A DNA stretch of 64,000 nucleotides from an uncultured Eubacteriales bacterium (GCA_934525065.1 CAKSYX010000003.1:27543-91542), one strand, 5' to 3'; counted from the first letter of the stretch, positions 45,050 through 55,335 are shown. Numbers and translations: made by a program. Notes: generated from the sequence alone by a model not told the origin.

Positions 45050-46069
45050 ATGGCAAAAAGAAACGGCGGAACAATTACTCTTCAAAAAGAGATACGGATT
45101 CTTTCAAACGCGGCGGCAGTTGGAAAAAAAGAGGGCGAAGGCCCGCTCAAAAATGAATTTGACCTCGTTTTTGAAGATGACAGGCTCGGACACAAGTCGT
45201 GGGAAAAGGCAGAAAGTGAGCTTTTGAGCATGGCGGTCAAAAAGGCACTTTCAAACGCAGATACCGAAAAAAGTGAGATCGACGCGATTTTTTCGGGCGA
45301 CCTGCTTGACCAGTGCATTGGCTCTTCGTTTTCAATGCGTGGCTTTGCAAGGCCGTTCTGCGGCCTTTACGGCGCGTGTTCAACAATGGCTCTTTCGCTG
45401 TGCATGGCATCGCTTGCAATCGAAACGGGCGGCTTTCAAAAATGCGTTGCGGCAACCTGCTCCCACTTCTGCTCGGCGGAAAGGCAGTTCCGCTTTCCCC
45501 TTGAATACGGCGGCCAGCGCACACCGACAGCGCAATGGACCGTCACGGGGGCCGGGGCGGCACTGCTGACGGAAAGCGAAAACAAAAACCTTCCTCGCAT
45601 TGAAAGGCTGCATATCGGAACAATCTGCGACCTCGGAATAACCGATGCAAATAACATGGGTGCTGCGATGGCTCCGGCCGCAAAAAAAACCGTTTCGGAT
45701 TTTCTGAACGACACCGGCACGGCTCCGGAGGACTACGACCTCATCCTCACGGGTGACCTCGGGCAGGTCGGCAGTGAGCTGTTAAGGGAGCTTATGCTCA
45801 AAGAGGAGGGCATTGACATTGCCCCTGTTCACAACGACTGCGGCCTTTTGATTTTTGACCGAAAAAAGCAGGACGTTCACGCCGGCGGCTCCGGCTGCGG
45901 CTGCAGCGCGAGCGTGCTTTGCTCATATATCCTGAACCGCATAAGAAACGGTATGCTAAAAAATGTTCTTTTTGTTGCAACCGGCGCGCTGATGTCTCCG
46001 ACGTCTTCCCTCCAAGGCGAAAGCATTCCCGGAATCGCACACGCGGTGCTCATCTCCGGGCAGCAATAA
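45050..46069 (+). CDS. spoVAD: stage V sporulation protein AD (thiolase-like fold)
   Basis: 339 aa. ...GKKEGEGPL...FDLVFEDD...GDLLDQC...ACSTMA... pattern of SpoVAD. Confidence 0.9.
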   Translation: MAKRNGGTITLQKEIRILSNAAAVGKKEGEGPLKNEFDLVFEDDRLGHKSWEKAESELLSMAVKKALSNADTEKSEIDAIFSGDLLDQCIGSSFSMRGFARPFCGLYGACSTMALSLCMASLAIETGGFQKCVAATCSHFCSAERQFRFPLEYGGQRTPTAQWTVTGAGAALLTESENKNLPRIERLHIGTICDLGITDANNMGAAMAPAAKKTVSDFLNDTGTAPEDYDLILTGDLGQVGSELLRELMLKEEGIDIAPVHNDCGLLIFDRKKQDVHAGGSGCGCSASVLCSYILNRIRNGMLKNVLFVATGALMSPTSSLQGESIPGIAHAVLISGQQ

Positions 46070-46137
46070 ATTCACTCAAAGCCGTTCTGCCCGACCGCGC
46101 AAAACGGCAGAAAAAAATTGCGGTCTGAAAGGTTACG

Positions 46138-46341
46138 ATGAAAATGAAAGCTTTTTCCTGTGTAAAATTTGTGATGTGCCTTTTGAAGGTCAACAAAATT
46201 CTCTGCTTTGTCCGAAAGGCCGTCTGCGTCATGCTCTCGGCGGCAGCCGTTGTCACCGCGCTCTGCTTTTTGACCGACAACAAAAAAGGCGTTAAAAAAT
46301 GCATTTCAAAATGCACCTCAAAGCTCAGGGCGGTGATGTAA
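46138..46341 (+). CDS. possible 67-aa Cys-rich small membrane protein inside the spoVA operon
   Basis: GAAAGG lies 5 nt before the ATG. The stop at 46339-46341 is 2 nt before the spoVAEB TTG start. 7 Cys residues and one hydrophobic helix. No homologue known to me. Confidence 0.3.
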   Translation: MKMKAFSCVKFVMCLLKVNKILCFVRKAVCVMLSAAAVVTALCFLTDNKKGVKKCISKCTSKLRAVM

Positions 46342-46343
46342 AA

Positions 46344-46709
46344 TTGGAGCTGTTTCTAACTTTTTTAAAAGCGTTTCTGGTCGGCGGTCTGATCTGCGTC
46401 GTCGGTCAGCTTCTCATTGACCTGACAAAGCTGACGCCGGCAAAGGTGCTTGTTCTTTTCGTTGTACTCGGTGTATTCTTCGGCGCGGTCGGACTTTATG
46501 AGCCACTTGTAAAATGGGCAGACTCCGGCGCAACGCTGCCGCTGACCGGCTTCGGCTATTCGCTCGCGAAAGGCACAAAGCAGGCCGTTGCGGAAAAGGG
46601 GCTTCTCGGTGTGCTTGAAGGGCCGCTTTCCTCCGCAAGCGTCGGAATCACGGCGGCGATAGTTTCGGGGCTTGTGGTTTCGCTTTTTGCAAAGCCGAAG
46701 GAAAAATGA
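46344..46709 (+). CDS. spoVAEB: stage V sporulation protein AE (AEB-type)
   Basis: TTG start gives MELFLTFLKAFLVGGLICVVGQLLID..., which parallels the canonical SpoVAEB N-terminus. ...LPLTGFGYSLAKG... Confidence 0.85.
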   Translation: MELFLTFLKAFLVGGLICVVGQLLIDLTKLTPAKVLVLFVVLGVFFGAVGLYEPLVKWADSGATLPLTGFGYSLAKGTKQAVAEKGLLGVLEGPLSSASVGITAAIVSGLVVSLFAKPKEK

Positions 46710-46712
46710 AAA

Positions 46713-46752
46713 AGCCATGGACGGCATCAACAAACCGTCCACGGCTCTTTTG
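46713..46752. terminator. bidirectional terminator
   Basis: AGCCATGGACGG-catcaacaaa-CCGTCCACGGCT followed by CTTTTGG. Confidence 0.7.
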
Positions 46753-46770
46753 GCTTTTAAGTGCAATTAC

Positions 46771-46899
46771 TCAATAAACGGTAATTTCGCCCTCATAGCC
46801 CTCCGCCTTTTGAAGCAGCGATCCCTTTGCACCCATCGTGAACGCTATATCGCTGCTACGGATTGAAAGCAGCAAACCGGAGCGGCTCAGCTGCCCCAC
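46771..46899 (-). CDS. 42-aa hypothetical small protein
   Basis: Not in the ORF track. AGGAGG lies 7 nt before the GTG (46897-46899). Product is MGQLSRSGLLLSIRSSDIAFTMGAKGSLLQKAEGYEGEITVY. It ends at the bidirectional terminator. Confidence 0.45.
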   Translation of the reverse strand: MGQLSRSGLLLSIRSSDIAFTMGAKGSLLQKAEGYEGEITVY

Positions 46900-47122
46900 A
46901 GTATTACCTCCTGTCAGTGGTTACTTTACGCTTTGCCGGTGCATTATGCCACCTCTAATCATTCTTTTCCATTACAAAACAGTAACCTAAAGTTGCGTTT
47001 ACAGTTTGTTCATATGTGTTTGTTATAATCATATAGAATTGGCATTTTATGCTTTGCTGTCTGAAAAGCCGTTTTGAAAAGCACAAAGAAAAAAGCTATT
47101 AAGTTTTAAGGGAGGTGCGCTT

Positions 47123-48868
47123 TTGAAAAAGGTACTCAGATATTTGAAACCGATACGCGGCGCAGCCATCCTTTCAATGATATTGGTTCTCCTTGCGCAG
47201 GGAATGACGCTTGCCTTGCCGATGCTCATGTCTCAAATTATAAACGTCGGAATTCAGGACGCCGATGTCGATTACATAAAGCGAGTGGGAGCAATTATGA
47301 TCGGAGTTTCCGCGCTCGGCCTCGGAATTTCCGCGCTCAGCAGCTTTTACAGCGCAAAAGTATCCGCCGGATACGGAAAGATTCTGCGCGAAAAAATCTT
47401 CCTCAAGGTTGAGTCTCTCGCTCAGAGCGATATTGACAAAATCGGCACACCGTCGCTCATCACGCGCTGCACAAGCGATGTTCAGGTTATGCAGGACTTT
47501 CTTTTGCAAAGTATTCAGATAATCATTGCTTCGCCTGTTATGCTCATCGGCGGAACGTTCATGGCGTTCTTCCTCAACGCAAAGCTTGCAATGATAATTT
47601 TTGCAATCATTCCGATTATTGCCGTCCTTGCCTTTGCCGTTGTAAAGCTCGTTATGCCCCTTTTCAAGGAAAGGCAGAAAATGACCGACGAGGTCAACCG
47701 TTTCCTTCGCGAAAAGCTCGGCGGAATGCGCGTTATCCGCGCTTTCAACAGAACCTCCTTCGAGGACGGGCGTTTTTCCGAAAAGAACCTTCGCCTTTCC
47801 GCGTTGGTAATGAAATTTGCGCGGATAATGTCCGTTCTGCTTCCGGTCTGCATTATGCTCATTATTGCCGCGCTCGATATCCTCATTTTTGCCGCAACAA
47901 AAAGCATTGACGCAATGACCGACGCGGTGAAAATTCAAAACTCCGTCGGTGACCTTCAGGCTTTTGTTATCTATATGGTAATGATCGTCTTTTCCGTTTC
48001 AATGACGGCGGCGATGTTTGTTATTGTTCCGCGAGCCAACATTTCGGCCAGGAGAATCTGTGAAATTCTTAACCTTGAGGCCGGAATCAAAGACCCCGCC
48101 GCCCCGCTAAAAACAGACGGAAAACTCGCCGGTACGGTTGAATTCAAAAACGTTTCCTTCGGTTATGACAACACGGAAAACACGATTCTTTCGGACGTCT
48201 CCTTCACCGCCGAAAGCGGAAAAACAACCGCAGTAATCGGTTCAACGGGAAGCGGAAAAAGCACGCTCGTTAACCTCATTCTGCGTTTTTACGACGTAAC
48301 CGACGGTGCCGTTCTTTTTGACGGAACAGATGTCCGTTCGCTTTCTCAGGCCGAGCTGCACTCAAAAATCGGCCTTGTTCCGCAAAAGGCCGGCCTTTTC
48401 AGCGGAAGCATCAGGGAAAATCTCCTTTACGGAAACGAAAACGCAACCGAAGAACGGCTGCGCCTTGCGCTTGAGATTGCTCAGTGCAGCGACTTTGTTG
48501 ATTCTCTCCCACAGGGAATCGACAGCCCGGTCAGCCAAAACGCAACCAATTTTTCCGGCGGACAAAAGCAGCGCCTTTCAATTGCGCGCGCCCTTGTTCG
48601 CGGTGCAGAGGTTTTTGTTTTTGACGACAGTTTTTCTGCCCTTGACTTCATCACGGACGCAGCATTGCGCCGCGCTCTGCGCGAAAAGCTTGACGCAACC
48701 GTAATAATCGTTGCGCAAAGGGTCGGCACCATCCTTGACGCAGACAAGATCATCGTTCTTGACGAGGGGAAGGTGGTCGGCGAGGGTACACACAAGCAGC
48801 TCGTTTCGTCCTGCCCCATATACCGCGAGATAGTCCGATCCCAGCTCAGTGAGGAGGCTCTCGTATGA
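47123..48868 (+). CDS. ABC exporter, fused permease/ATPase (heterodimer half 1)
   Basis: TTG start after AGGGAGG. 6-TM domain. GSTGSGKST, FSGGQKQRLSIARAL, VFVFDDSFSALD. Confidence 0.9.
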   Translation: MKKVLRYLKPIRGAAILSMILVLLAQGMTLALPMLMSQIINVGIQDADVDYIKRVGAIMIGVSALGLGISALSSFYSAKVSAGYGKILREKIFLKVESLAQSDIDKIGTPSLITRCTSDVQVMQDFLLQSIQIIIASPVMLIGGTFMAFFLNAKLAMIIFAIIPIIAVLAFAVVKLVMPLFKERQKMTDEVNRFLREKLGGMRVIRAFNRTSFEDGRFSEKNLRLSALVMKFARIMSVLLPVCIMLIIAALDILIFAATKSIDAMTDAVKIQNSVGDLQAFVIYMVMIVFSVSMTAAMFVIVPRANISARRICEILNLEAGIKDPAAPLKTDGKLAGTVEFKNVSFGYDNTENTILSDVSFTAESGKTTAVIGSTGSGKSTLVNLILRFYDVTDGAVLFDGTDVRSLSQAELHSKIGLVPQKAGLFSGSIRENLLYGNENATEERLRLALEIAQCSDFVDSLPQGIDSPVSQNATNFSGGQKQRLSIARALVRGAEVFVFDDSFSALDFITDAALRRALREKLDATVIIVAQRVGTILDADKIIVLDEGKVVGEGTHKQLVSSCPIYREIVRSQLSEEALV

Positions 48869-50715
48869 AAAAGAAAAAGCAAACCGAACTCTCCGCTGTG
48901 CAGGTGAGTGAAAGATACGCCGCCTACCGAAGCGAGGACGGCAGCGAAAGAAAGCCGCAGAATTTTTGGAAAACGGGAAAAAAGCTCCTCTCTCTTCTGA
49001 AGGGCAACAGGCTCAAGGTCGGCTTTGTCATTCTCCTTTCTGCCGCCTCGGCAGGACTTGGGGTAATCGGCCCGCAGTATCTTAAAAGCATAATAGATAT
49101 AATCAGCGAACAGGTCAAAAACAAGCTTGAAACCGGGAGCATTGATTTTTCCGCCGTAACAGGCGTTCTAAGAAACATTGCAGTTATTTTTGCGCTCTAT
49201 GCACTCTGTTCGTTTTTTCTCAATTATATAATGGCCAGGGTTTCCCAGGACGTTGTCACCGCCCTTCGCGACAAGGTGAACAAAAAAATGTCCCGCCTTC
49301 CGCTGAAGTTCTTCGACTCCCACAGCAAGGGTGACCTGCTTTCAAGAGTTACGAACGACATTGACAACATCAACAACAGCTTTCAGAATAACTTTATTCA
49401 AATCGCAACCTCGCTCGTCACCTTTTTCGGTGTGCTTGCCGTTATGCTGAAGGAAAGCCCGCTTCTTACTGCGACCACCGTCGTTCCGCTTCCGCTCGGC
49501 GGACTTGCGGCGGCGCTCATCCTCAAAAAGTCGAAGCTGTTCTTTCGCGAGCAATGGAAGCGCACCGGAGACATCAACGGACACATTGAAGAGATGTTCA
49601 CCGGCCACAAAATCGTCAAAGCCTTCGGCCACGAAAAGACCGCTATTGAAGAGTTTTCCGCAATCAACAACGAGCTGACAAAATCCGGAGAGCACGCTCA
49701 GTTTTTTTCCGGCCTCATCGGTCCGGTGATAAGCTTTATAAAAAACATCGGCTATGTGTTTATTTGCGTTATTGCAGGTTATCTTATTATAGAAAAGAAA
49801 ATGACCCTCGGCGCAATCACGGCCTTCATGGTCTATTCAAATATGTTCATGCAGCCGCTCGTTGACGTCAGCCGGATAATCAACAACCTCCAGTCCGCCC
49901 TCGCTTCGGCGGAGCGTGTTTTTGAAATTACCGACAGCAGCGAGGAGGTTCCCGACACCCCAAAAGCGGTGATTAAAAAAGCAAAGGGCTTTGTTGACTT
50001 TGAAAACGTTGATTTTTCATACAGTCCGGACAAGCCTCTCTATGAAAAATTCAACCTTTCCGTAAAGCCCGGCGAGCTTGTTGCAGTCGTCGGCCCGACC
50101 GGCGCAGGCAAAACAACGCTCGTCAATCTGCTCATGCGCTTTTATGAAGTCAACTCCGGCAGCATTAAAATTGACGGAACAGACATCCGCGACCTTTCAA
50201 GAGAAAACCTCAGAAGCATTTTTTCAATGGTGCTTCAGGATGCATGGCTGTTTTCCGCAACTATCCGCGAAAACATCATGTACGGCAGACCGGACGCAAC
50301 CGAAGAGGAATTCATGAACGCCGTCCGTGCGGCTAAGGTAGACCGCTTTGTGAGCACCCTCCCGGATGGTTACGACACGGTTCTTGACGAAGAGGGCTCA
50401 AACCTTTCCTCCGGGGAAAAGCAGCTTTTGACAATCGCAAGAGCAATCCTCGCCGACCCGCAGATACTCATTCTCGATGAAGCAACAAGCTCCGTTGACA
50501 CGAGAACCGAGCTTCAAATTCAGCAGGCCATGAGCAACCTCATGCGCGGCAGAACAAATTTTGTCATTGCACACCGCCTTTCAACGATTCGCGAGGCGGA
50601 CAATATAATCGTTATCGACAACGGCAGAGTTGTTGAACAGGGAAAGCACAGCGAGCTGCTTTCAAAAAACGGCCTTTATGCCAAGCTTTATAACTCACAG
50701 TTTTCGGTTGCATAG
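48865..50715 (+). CDS. ABC exporter, fused permease/ATPase (heterodimer half 2)
   Basis: The start overlaps the upstream stop. GPTGAGKTT, LSSGEKQLLTIARA, ILILDEATSSVD. Confidence 0.9.
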   Translation: MKKKKQTELSAVQVSERYAAYRSEDGSERKPQNFWKTGKKLLSLLKGNRLKVGFVILLSAASAGLGVIGPQYLKSIIDIISEQVKNKLETGSIDFSAVTGVLRNIAVIFALYALCSFFLNYIMARVSQDVVTALRDKVNKKMSRLPLKFFDSHSKGDLLSRVTNDIDNINNSFQNNFIQIATSLVTFFGVLAVMLKESPLLTATTVVPLPLGGLAAALILKKSKLFFREQWKRTGDINGHIEEMFTGHKIVKAFGHEKTAIEEFSAINNELTKSGEHAQFFSGLIGPVISFIKNIGYVFICVIAGYLIIEKKMTLGAITAFMVYSNMFMQPLVDVSRIINNLQSALASAERVFEITDSSEEVPDTPKAVIKKAKGFVDFENVDFSYSPDKPLYEKFNLSVKPGELVAVVGPTGAGKTTLVNLLMRFYEVNSGSIKIDGTDIRDLSRENLRSIFSMVLQDAWLFSATIRENIMYGRPDATEEEFMNAVRAAKVDRFVSTLPDGYDTVLDEEGSNLSSGEKQLLTIARAILADPQILILDEATSSVDTRTELQIQQAMSNLMRGRTNFVIAHRLSTIREADNIIVIDNGRVVEQGKHSELLSKNGLYAKLYNSQFSVA

Positions 50716-50729
50716 GGAGAGCTTTCATT

Positions 50730-51974
50730 ATGGAAATCATTACGCTTGAAAACGGACTTCGCGTTCTCCTTGAGCCGAGAGAAGGCCAGCGTTCGGCAAC
50801 GGTCGGCGTCTGGGTTGCCTCCGGTTCAAGCGAAGAGAACGAAAAGAACAACGGGATTTCTCATTTCATCGAGCACATTGTTTTTAAAGGCTCAAAAACA
50901 CGCACGGCGTTTGAAATTGCCGAAGGAATGGACTCTATCGGTGCTTCTGTCAACGCATACACAACAAAGGAGTTCACGTTCTTTTATACGCGCGCCCTTG
51001 ATTACCACATTGAAGAGGCAGTTGACATTCTTTTTGAAATGATTACCCGTCCGCGCCTCGATGAAAAGGACATTGAAACCGAAAAGGGAGTTATTCTTGA
51101 AGAGATTGCAATGTGCGGTGACGACCCGTCTGACGTCTGCTACGAAGCGAACGAAAGCGCAATTTTTTCCTCCTCGCCGCTTGCGCTTCAAATTCTCGGA
51201 ACAAACGAAAGCGTTTCCGCAATAAAAAGAGAGGACTTTGTTTCTCAGCTTGAAAAGGTTTATGTTCCGGAACGTATAGTTATAGGAGCCGCCGGAAAGT
51301 TTGACAAAGAAAAAATTCTTGAAAAAATCAACTCCTATTTTTCCGCGCTCAAAAACACCGGCAATGCGATAACGAAAAAAGACGCCCCCTTTAAAAAAGG
51401 AACAACACTCGTCAAGCGTGATTTTGAGCAGACTCATCTTATGCTCTCCTTTCCGGGCATACCGTTGGTTCACGAAGATTTTTTTGCGCTGAAGCTTTGC
51501 ACGTTCATTCTCGGAACGGGCAGCTCTTCAAGGCTCAATCAACGGCTGCGCGAACAGCTCGGCCTTGTATACAGCGTTGACTCATGGCTTTGCCGCTACC
51601 TCGCAGCAGGCTACATTTCCTGCTCAATGAGTCTCTCAGCCGGCAATCAGAAAAAAGCACTTGAGGAGATGTGCCGCGAAATTCGCCGTTTTCCTGAAAG
51701 TGTGACCGATCGCGAGCTTTCCGTTGCAAAGGAGAAAATCATCTCCGGGCTCATCATGAGCCGCGAACAGCCGGGGCTTTCCCCGGCCGGCGGCAATTTG
51801 CTTTTGCTTTCAAAAGTTATTGATGATGACACAATTATCTCAAAAATTAAAGGCATTACCCTTGACGAGCTGAGAAAAGTCGGGTTAAAATATTTTGACC
51901 TTCAAAAAGCGGCACTTACCGCAGTTGGCAAAACCGAGGAAAAAGAGGTTTACGAAAGCATTATAAAAGGATAA
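50730..51974 (+). CDS. M16-family zinc peptidase (insulinase-like)
   Basis: GISHFIEH (HxxEH inverted zinc motif). 414 aa. Confidence 0.85.
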   Translation: MEIITLENGLRVLLEPREGQRSATVGVWVASGSSEENEKNNGISHFIEHIVFKGSKTRTAFEIAEGMDSIGASVNAYTTKEFTFFYTRALDYHIEEAVDILFEMITRPRLDEKDIETEKGVILEEIAMCGDDPSDVCYEANESAIFSSSPLALQILGTNESVSAIKREDFVSQLEKVYVPERIVIGAAGKFDKEKILEKINSYFSALKNTGNAITKKDAPFKKGTTLVKRDFEQTHLMLSFPGIPLVHEDFFALKLCTFILGTGSSSRLNQRLREQLGLVYSVDSWLCRYLAAGYISCSMSLSAGNQKKALEEMCREIRRFPESVTDRELSVAKEKIISGLIMSREQPGLSPAGGNLLLLSKVIDDDTIISKIKGITLDELRKVGLKYFDLQKAALTAVGKTEEKEVYESIIKG

Positions 51975-52028
51975 CAGTGATTTTAAAGATAAGCGGCCGC
52001 CTTTCGCCGCCGAAAGGAAAGAGGAAAA

Positions 52029-52817
52029 ATGACACTCAAAGGAACAAAAAAGCTCGTTGTCAAGGTGGGCACCTCCACCCTTACATATGAGACAGGAAAA
52101 ACAAACATCAGAAGAATGATGAAGCTCTGCTCCGTTCTTGCCGACCTTCACAACTCCGGAATGGACGTTGTTCTTGTTACCTCAGGTGCAATCGGCGTCG
52201 GCGTTGGGAAAATGGGCCTTTCGGAAAAGCCGAAGGATATCCCGGGCAGACAGGCGTCCGCCTGTGTCGGCCAGTGTGAGCTTATGTTCATGTATGACAA
52301 GTTCTTCAGCGAATACGGCCAGAAGATAGGCCAGCTGCTCGTTACCAAGGACGACTTTGAAAACGAGACGCGACGCCTCAACCTTGAAAACACCTTTGAA
52401 AAGCTGTTTGAATACGGCGCGATCCCAGTTGTCAATGAAAACGACAGCGTTGCAACCGAGGAAATCGTTTTCGGAGACAACGACAGCCTTTCCGCAACAG
52501 TCGCGTCTCTCATTGATGCGGATGCGCTTGTCATCCTCTCTGATATTGACGGACTTTTTGACGCCAACCCGACCGAAAATCCGGATGCAAAGCTGATTGC
52601 CGTTGTTGAAAAAATTGACGAAAGCATTTTTGCAATCTGCGGCAGCGCAGGCACGGCAAGAGGTACGGGCGGAATGGTCACAAAGGTTCACGCCGCTCAA
52701 ATTGCCGGCGCGGCAGGTATCCCCACGGTCGTTATGAACGGTAGCTCGCCGCAGGACCTTTACAAGCTAATTGACGGCCACCGGGTCGGAACGATTTTCC
52801 TCCCGGAGAAGAAATAA
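52029..52817 (+). CDS. proB: glutamate 5-kinase (short form without PUA domain)
   Basis: KKLVVKVGTSTLT..., VLVTSGAIGVG, NENDSVAT, GDNDSLSA. Confidence 0.9.
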   Translation: MTLKGTKKLVVKVGTSTLTYETGKTNIRRMMKLCSVLADLHNSGMDVVLVTSGAIGVGVGKMGLSEKPKDIPGRQASACVGQCELMFMYDKFFSEYGQKIGQLLVTKDDFENETRRLNLENTFEKLFEYGAIPVVNENDSVATEEIVFGDNDSLSATVASLIDADALVILSDIDGLFDANPTENPDAKLIAVVEKIDESIFAICGSAGTARGTGGMVTKVHAAQIAGAAGIPTVVMNGSSPQDLYKLIDGHRVGTIFLPEKK

Positions 52818-52854
52818 TTTTACCTGATTCAATATACAGAAGGGAGTTTATCCT

Positions 52855-54096
52855 ATGCTCACAGAACTCGGAAAACGCGCAAAAAATGCGGAAAAGGTTC
52901 TCATGACCGCCTCCACCGCGCAAAAAAACGCCGCACTTGAAAACATCGCCGCCGCACTCGAAAATGCAGTCGGCGACATTCTCACCGCAAACGAAATTGA
53001 CATTAAAAACGCACGCGAAAACGGCATGAAGGAGTCGCTCATCGACCGCCTTGCGCTGACGGAAAAGCGCGTCCTTTCAATCGCAAGTGCAACGCGCGAG
53101 GTTATAAATCTTCCCGACCCCATCGGAAAAACCCTCTCCGGCTCAACAAGGCCGAACGGTCTTGTGATTGAAAAAGTCACCGTTCCGCTGGGCGTTGTTG
53201 CCGTTATTTTTGAAGCAAGGCCGAACGTCACCGCCGACGCGGCCGCCCTCTGCCTTAAAAGCGGAAATGCGGTCATTCTCCGCGGCGGAAAAGAAGCCTT
53301 CTATTCAAACAAAGCAATCACGGCCGCAATGCGCCGTGCCGTTGCAAAGGCCGGCCTTCCCGAGGACTGCATTCAGCTCGTTGAGGACACGTCAAGGGAA
53401 AGCGCGACCGAGCTTATGAGACTGAATGATTACGTTGATGTCCTCATTCCAAGAGGCGGAGCCGGACTTATCAAAGCCTGCGTTCAAAATTCAACCGTAC
53501 CCGTGATTGAAACCGGAACAGGCAACTGCCACGTTTATGTTGACGAATTTGCCGACCTTCAGATGGCGGCGGAAATCGTGTATAACGCCAAGGTTTCCCG
53601 TCCGTCGGTCTGCAATGCCTGCGAGAGCATTGTTGTTCACCGTGCGGTTGCAAAAAAGTTCCTGCCGCTCGTCAAGGAAAAGCTTGACTTGGCTTTTGTT
53701 GTTATTCATGGCGATGAAGAAACGGCAAAAATTCTCAGGGACGTTATTCCGGCAACAGATGAGGATTTCGGCAAGGAATATCTCGGCTATGAAATCAGCG
53801 TAAAGGTGGTCGGAAGCATCGACGAAGCAATTGCCCATATTTCAAAATACGGCACCGGCCACAGTGAATGCATCGTGACGGAAAGCTATAAAAACAGCAT
53901 GAAATTCACAAACGAGGTTGACTGCGCGGCAGTCTATGTCAACGCTTCAACTCGCTTTACGGACGGAAACGAATTCGGCTTCGGCGCGGAGATCGGTATT
54001 TCGACCCAGAAGCTGCACGCAAGAGGCCCTCTCGGCCTTCCGGAGCTGACAAGCTTCAAATATATCGTCCGCGGAGACGGACAGGTTCGGGTGTGA
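52855..54096 (+). CDS. proA: glutamate-5-semialdehyde dehydrogenase
   Basis: ...ILRGGKEA..., NCHVYVD, ...CNACESIVVH..., STRFTDG. Confidence 0.9.
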   Translation: MLTELGKRAKNAEKVLMTASTAQKNAALENIAAALENAVGDILTANEIDIKNARENGMKESLIDRLALTEKRVLSIASATREVINLPDPIGKTLSGSTRPNGLVIEKVTVPLGVVAVIFEARPNVTADAAALCLKSGNAVILRGGKEAFYSNKAITAAMRRAVAKAGLPEDCIQLVEDTSRESATELMRLNDYVDVLIPRGGAGLIKACVQNSTVPVIETGTGNCHVYVDEFADLQMAAEIVYNAKVSRPSVCNACESIVVHRAVAKKFLPLVKEKLDLAFVVIHGDEETAKILRDVIPATDEDFGKEYLGYEISVKVVGSIDEAIAHISKYGTGHSECIVTESYKNSMKFTNEVDCAAVYVNASTRFTDGNEFGFGAEIGISTQKLHARGPLGLPELTSFKYIVRGDGQVRV

Positions 54097-54148
54097 TCCG
54101 CCGGCAAAGTTCGGCGGCGATATAAAAAATCTTTAAGGAGGTAAACTT

Positions 54149-55315
54149 ATGAAAAACACACTGAAAAAGACCCTCAGCATTGTTCTCTGCTTCTGCCTGA
54201 TGAGCTTTGTTCTTGCGTTTGGCAGTGCCGCATACGGCGGCTTTATGCTCATCCTCGGCAAAACCGTTGTTACCGAAGAAAACATGAACGACATCTTCGG
54301 TGACGGCACAGCAAAATTCGTTCCCGAAAGAAAGAGCGGTACGCTCTATCTGAACAACGCCGAAATTGAAGGCGAAGGCACTGCAATTTATTGCGACCTT
54401 CCCCTCACAGTTGAGCTTTCCGGCAAAAACAGCGTCAAAGCTTCCGGCGAGGGTTCAGTGTTCGGAATCAACGTGGACGGCAGCCTGACCGTTAAGGGCA
54501 ACGGCGAGCTTTCCGTTAAGCTTGGAAAGAATACCGGCGACTATGATTCCTGCACAAGCTACGGAATATACATCTATGAAAACGACTTTACGCTTGAAAG
54601 CGGAAAGGTTTCCGTCTCAGTTGCGGACGCAGCCGGTCTCGGCGGCGAGGAAGTAGCTGTCGGCGGAATGGTTTGCGGCAATCTCTTTATCAAGGGCGGT
54701 GAGCTTTCGGTCAATGCAGGCGATGCTCTTGCTCAGGACCTTTCGTCAGCAATGACCCGCGGAATTGTTGCTGTTTCTTCCGTCAATGTAAGCGGCGGCA
54801 CAGTTACCGCTTCCTGCGGCAAAACCAAGGGCGTTGAAGAATGGGAAAGCGGCGCAGTCATCTGCCTTGACGAAGGTGCCGAATGGCTCACACTCTCGGG
54901 CGAAGCCGAGCTTGTTGCTCCCAAGGCATATTCCTACGGCGAATATGCTCTCCTTGACGAAAACGGAAAGCCCGCAACTCTCGTCAAAATTGCAGAAAAG
55001 ACCTACACCGTTTCCTTTGACACCGACGGCGGCTCGGCTGTTGAATCAAAGTTCGTCAAAAAGACCGACGCAGTCCTTTCCGGCGTTGAAGCTCCGGTAA
55101 AGGAGGGCTTCAAATTCATCGGCTGGGTCTGCGGCGAAAAGGAAGTTGCCGAAGGCGACACCTTTGAGGCTCTTTCAAACGGAGAAAGCGAAATCACCCT
55201 GACCGCAGTCTGGGAGGAAGAAGCTGCACCGAAGTCTGATTTTGCGCAGTTCATGGTCATTCTTGCAATGCTCCTCAGACTTGTTTTCAAGTTCGTTATG
55301 ATGGTCACAAAGTAA
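54149..55315 (+). CDS. surface protein with Listeria-Bacteroides-type repeat and C-terminal TM anchor
   Basis: Signal peptide. YTVSFDTDGGSAVES...EGFKFIGW...LTAVW repeat. Hydrophobic C-terminus FMVILAMLLRLVFKFVMMV. Confidence 0.6.
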   Translation: MKNTLKKTLSIVLCFCLMSFVLAFGSAAYGGFMLILGKTVVTEENMNDIFGDGTAKFVPERKSGTLYLNNAEIEGEGTAIYCDLPLTVELSGKNSVKASGEGSVFGINVDGSLTVKGNGELSVKLGKNTGDYDSCTSYGIYIYENDFTLESGKVSVSVADAAGLGGEEVAVGGMVCGNLFIKGGELSVNAGDALAQDLSSAMTRGIVAVSSVNVSGGTVTASCGKTKGVEEWESGAVICLDEGAEWLTLSGEAELVAPKAYSYGEYALLDENGKPATLVKIAEKTYTVSFDTDGGSAVESKFVKKTDAVLSGVEAPVKEGFKFIGWVCGEKEVAEGDTFEALSNGESEITLTAVWEEEAAPKSDFAQFMVILAMLLRLVFKFVMMVTK

Positions 55316-55335
55316 AGTAAATAGTTTTTATATCA

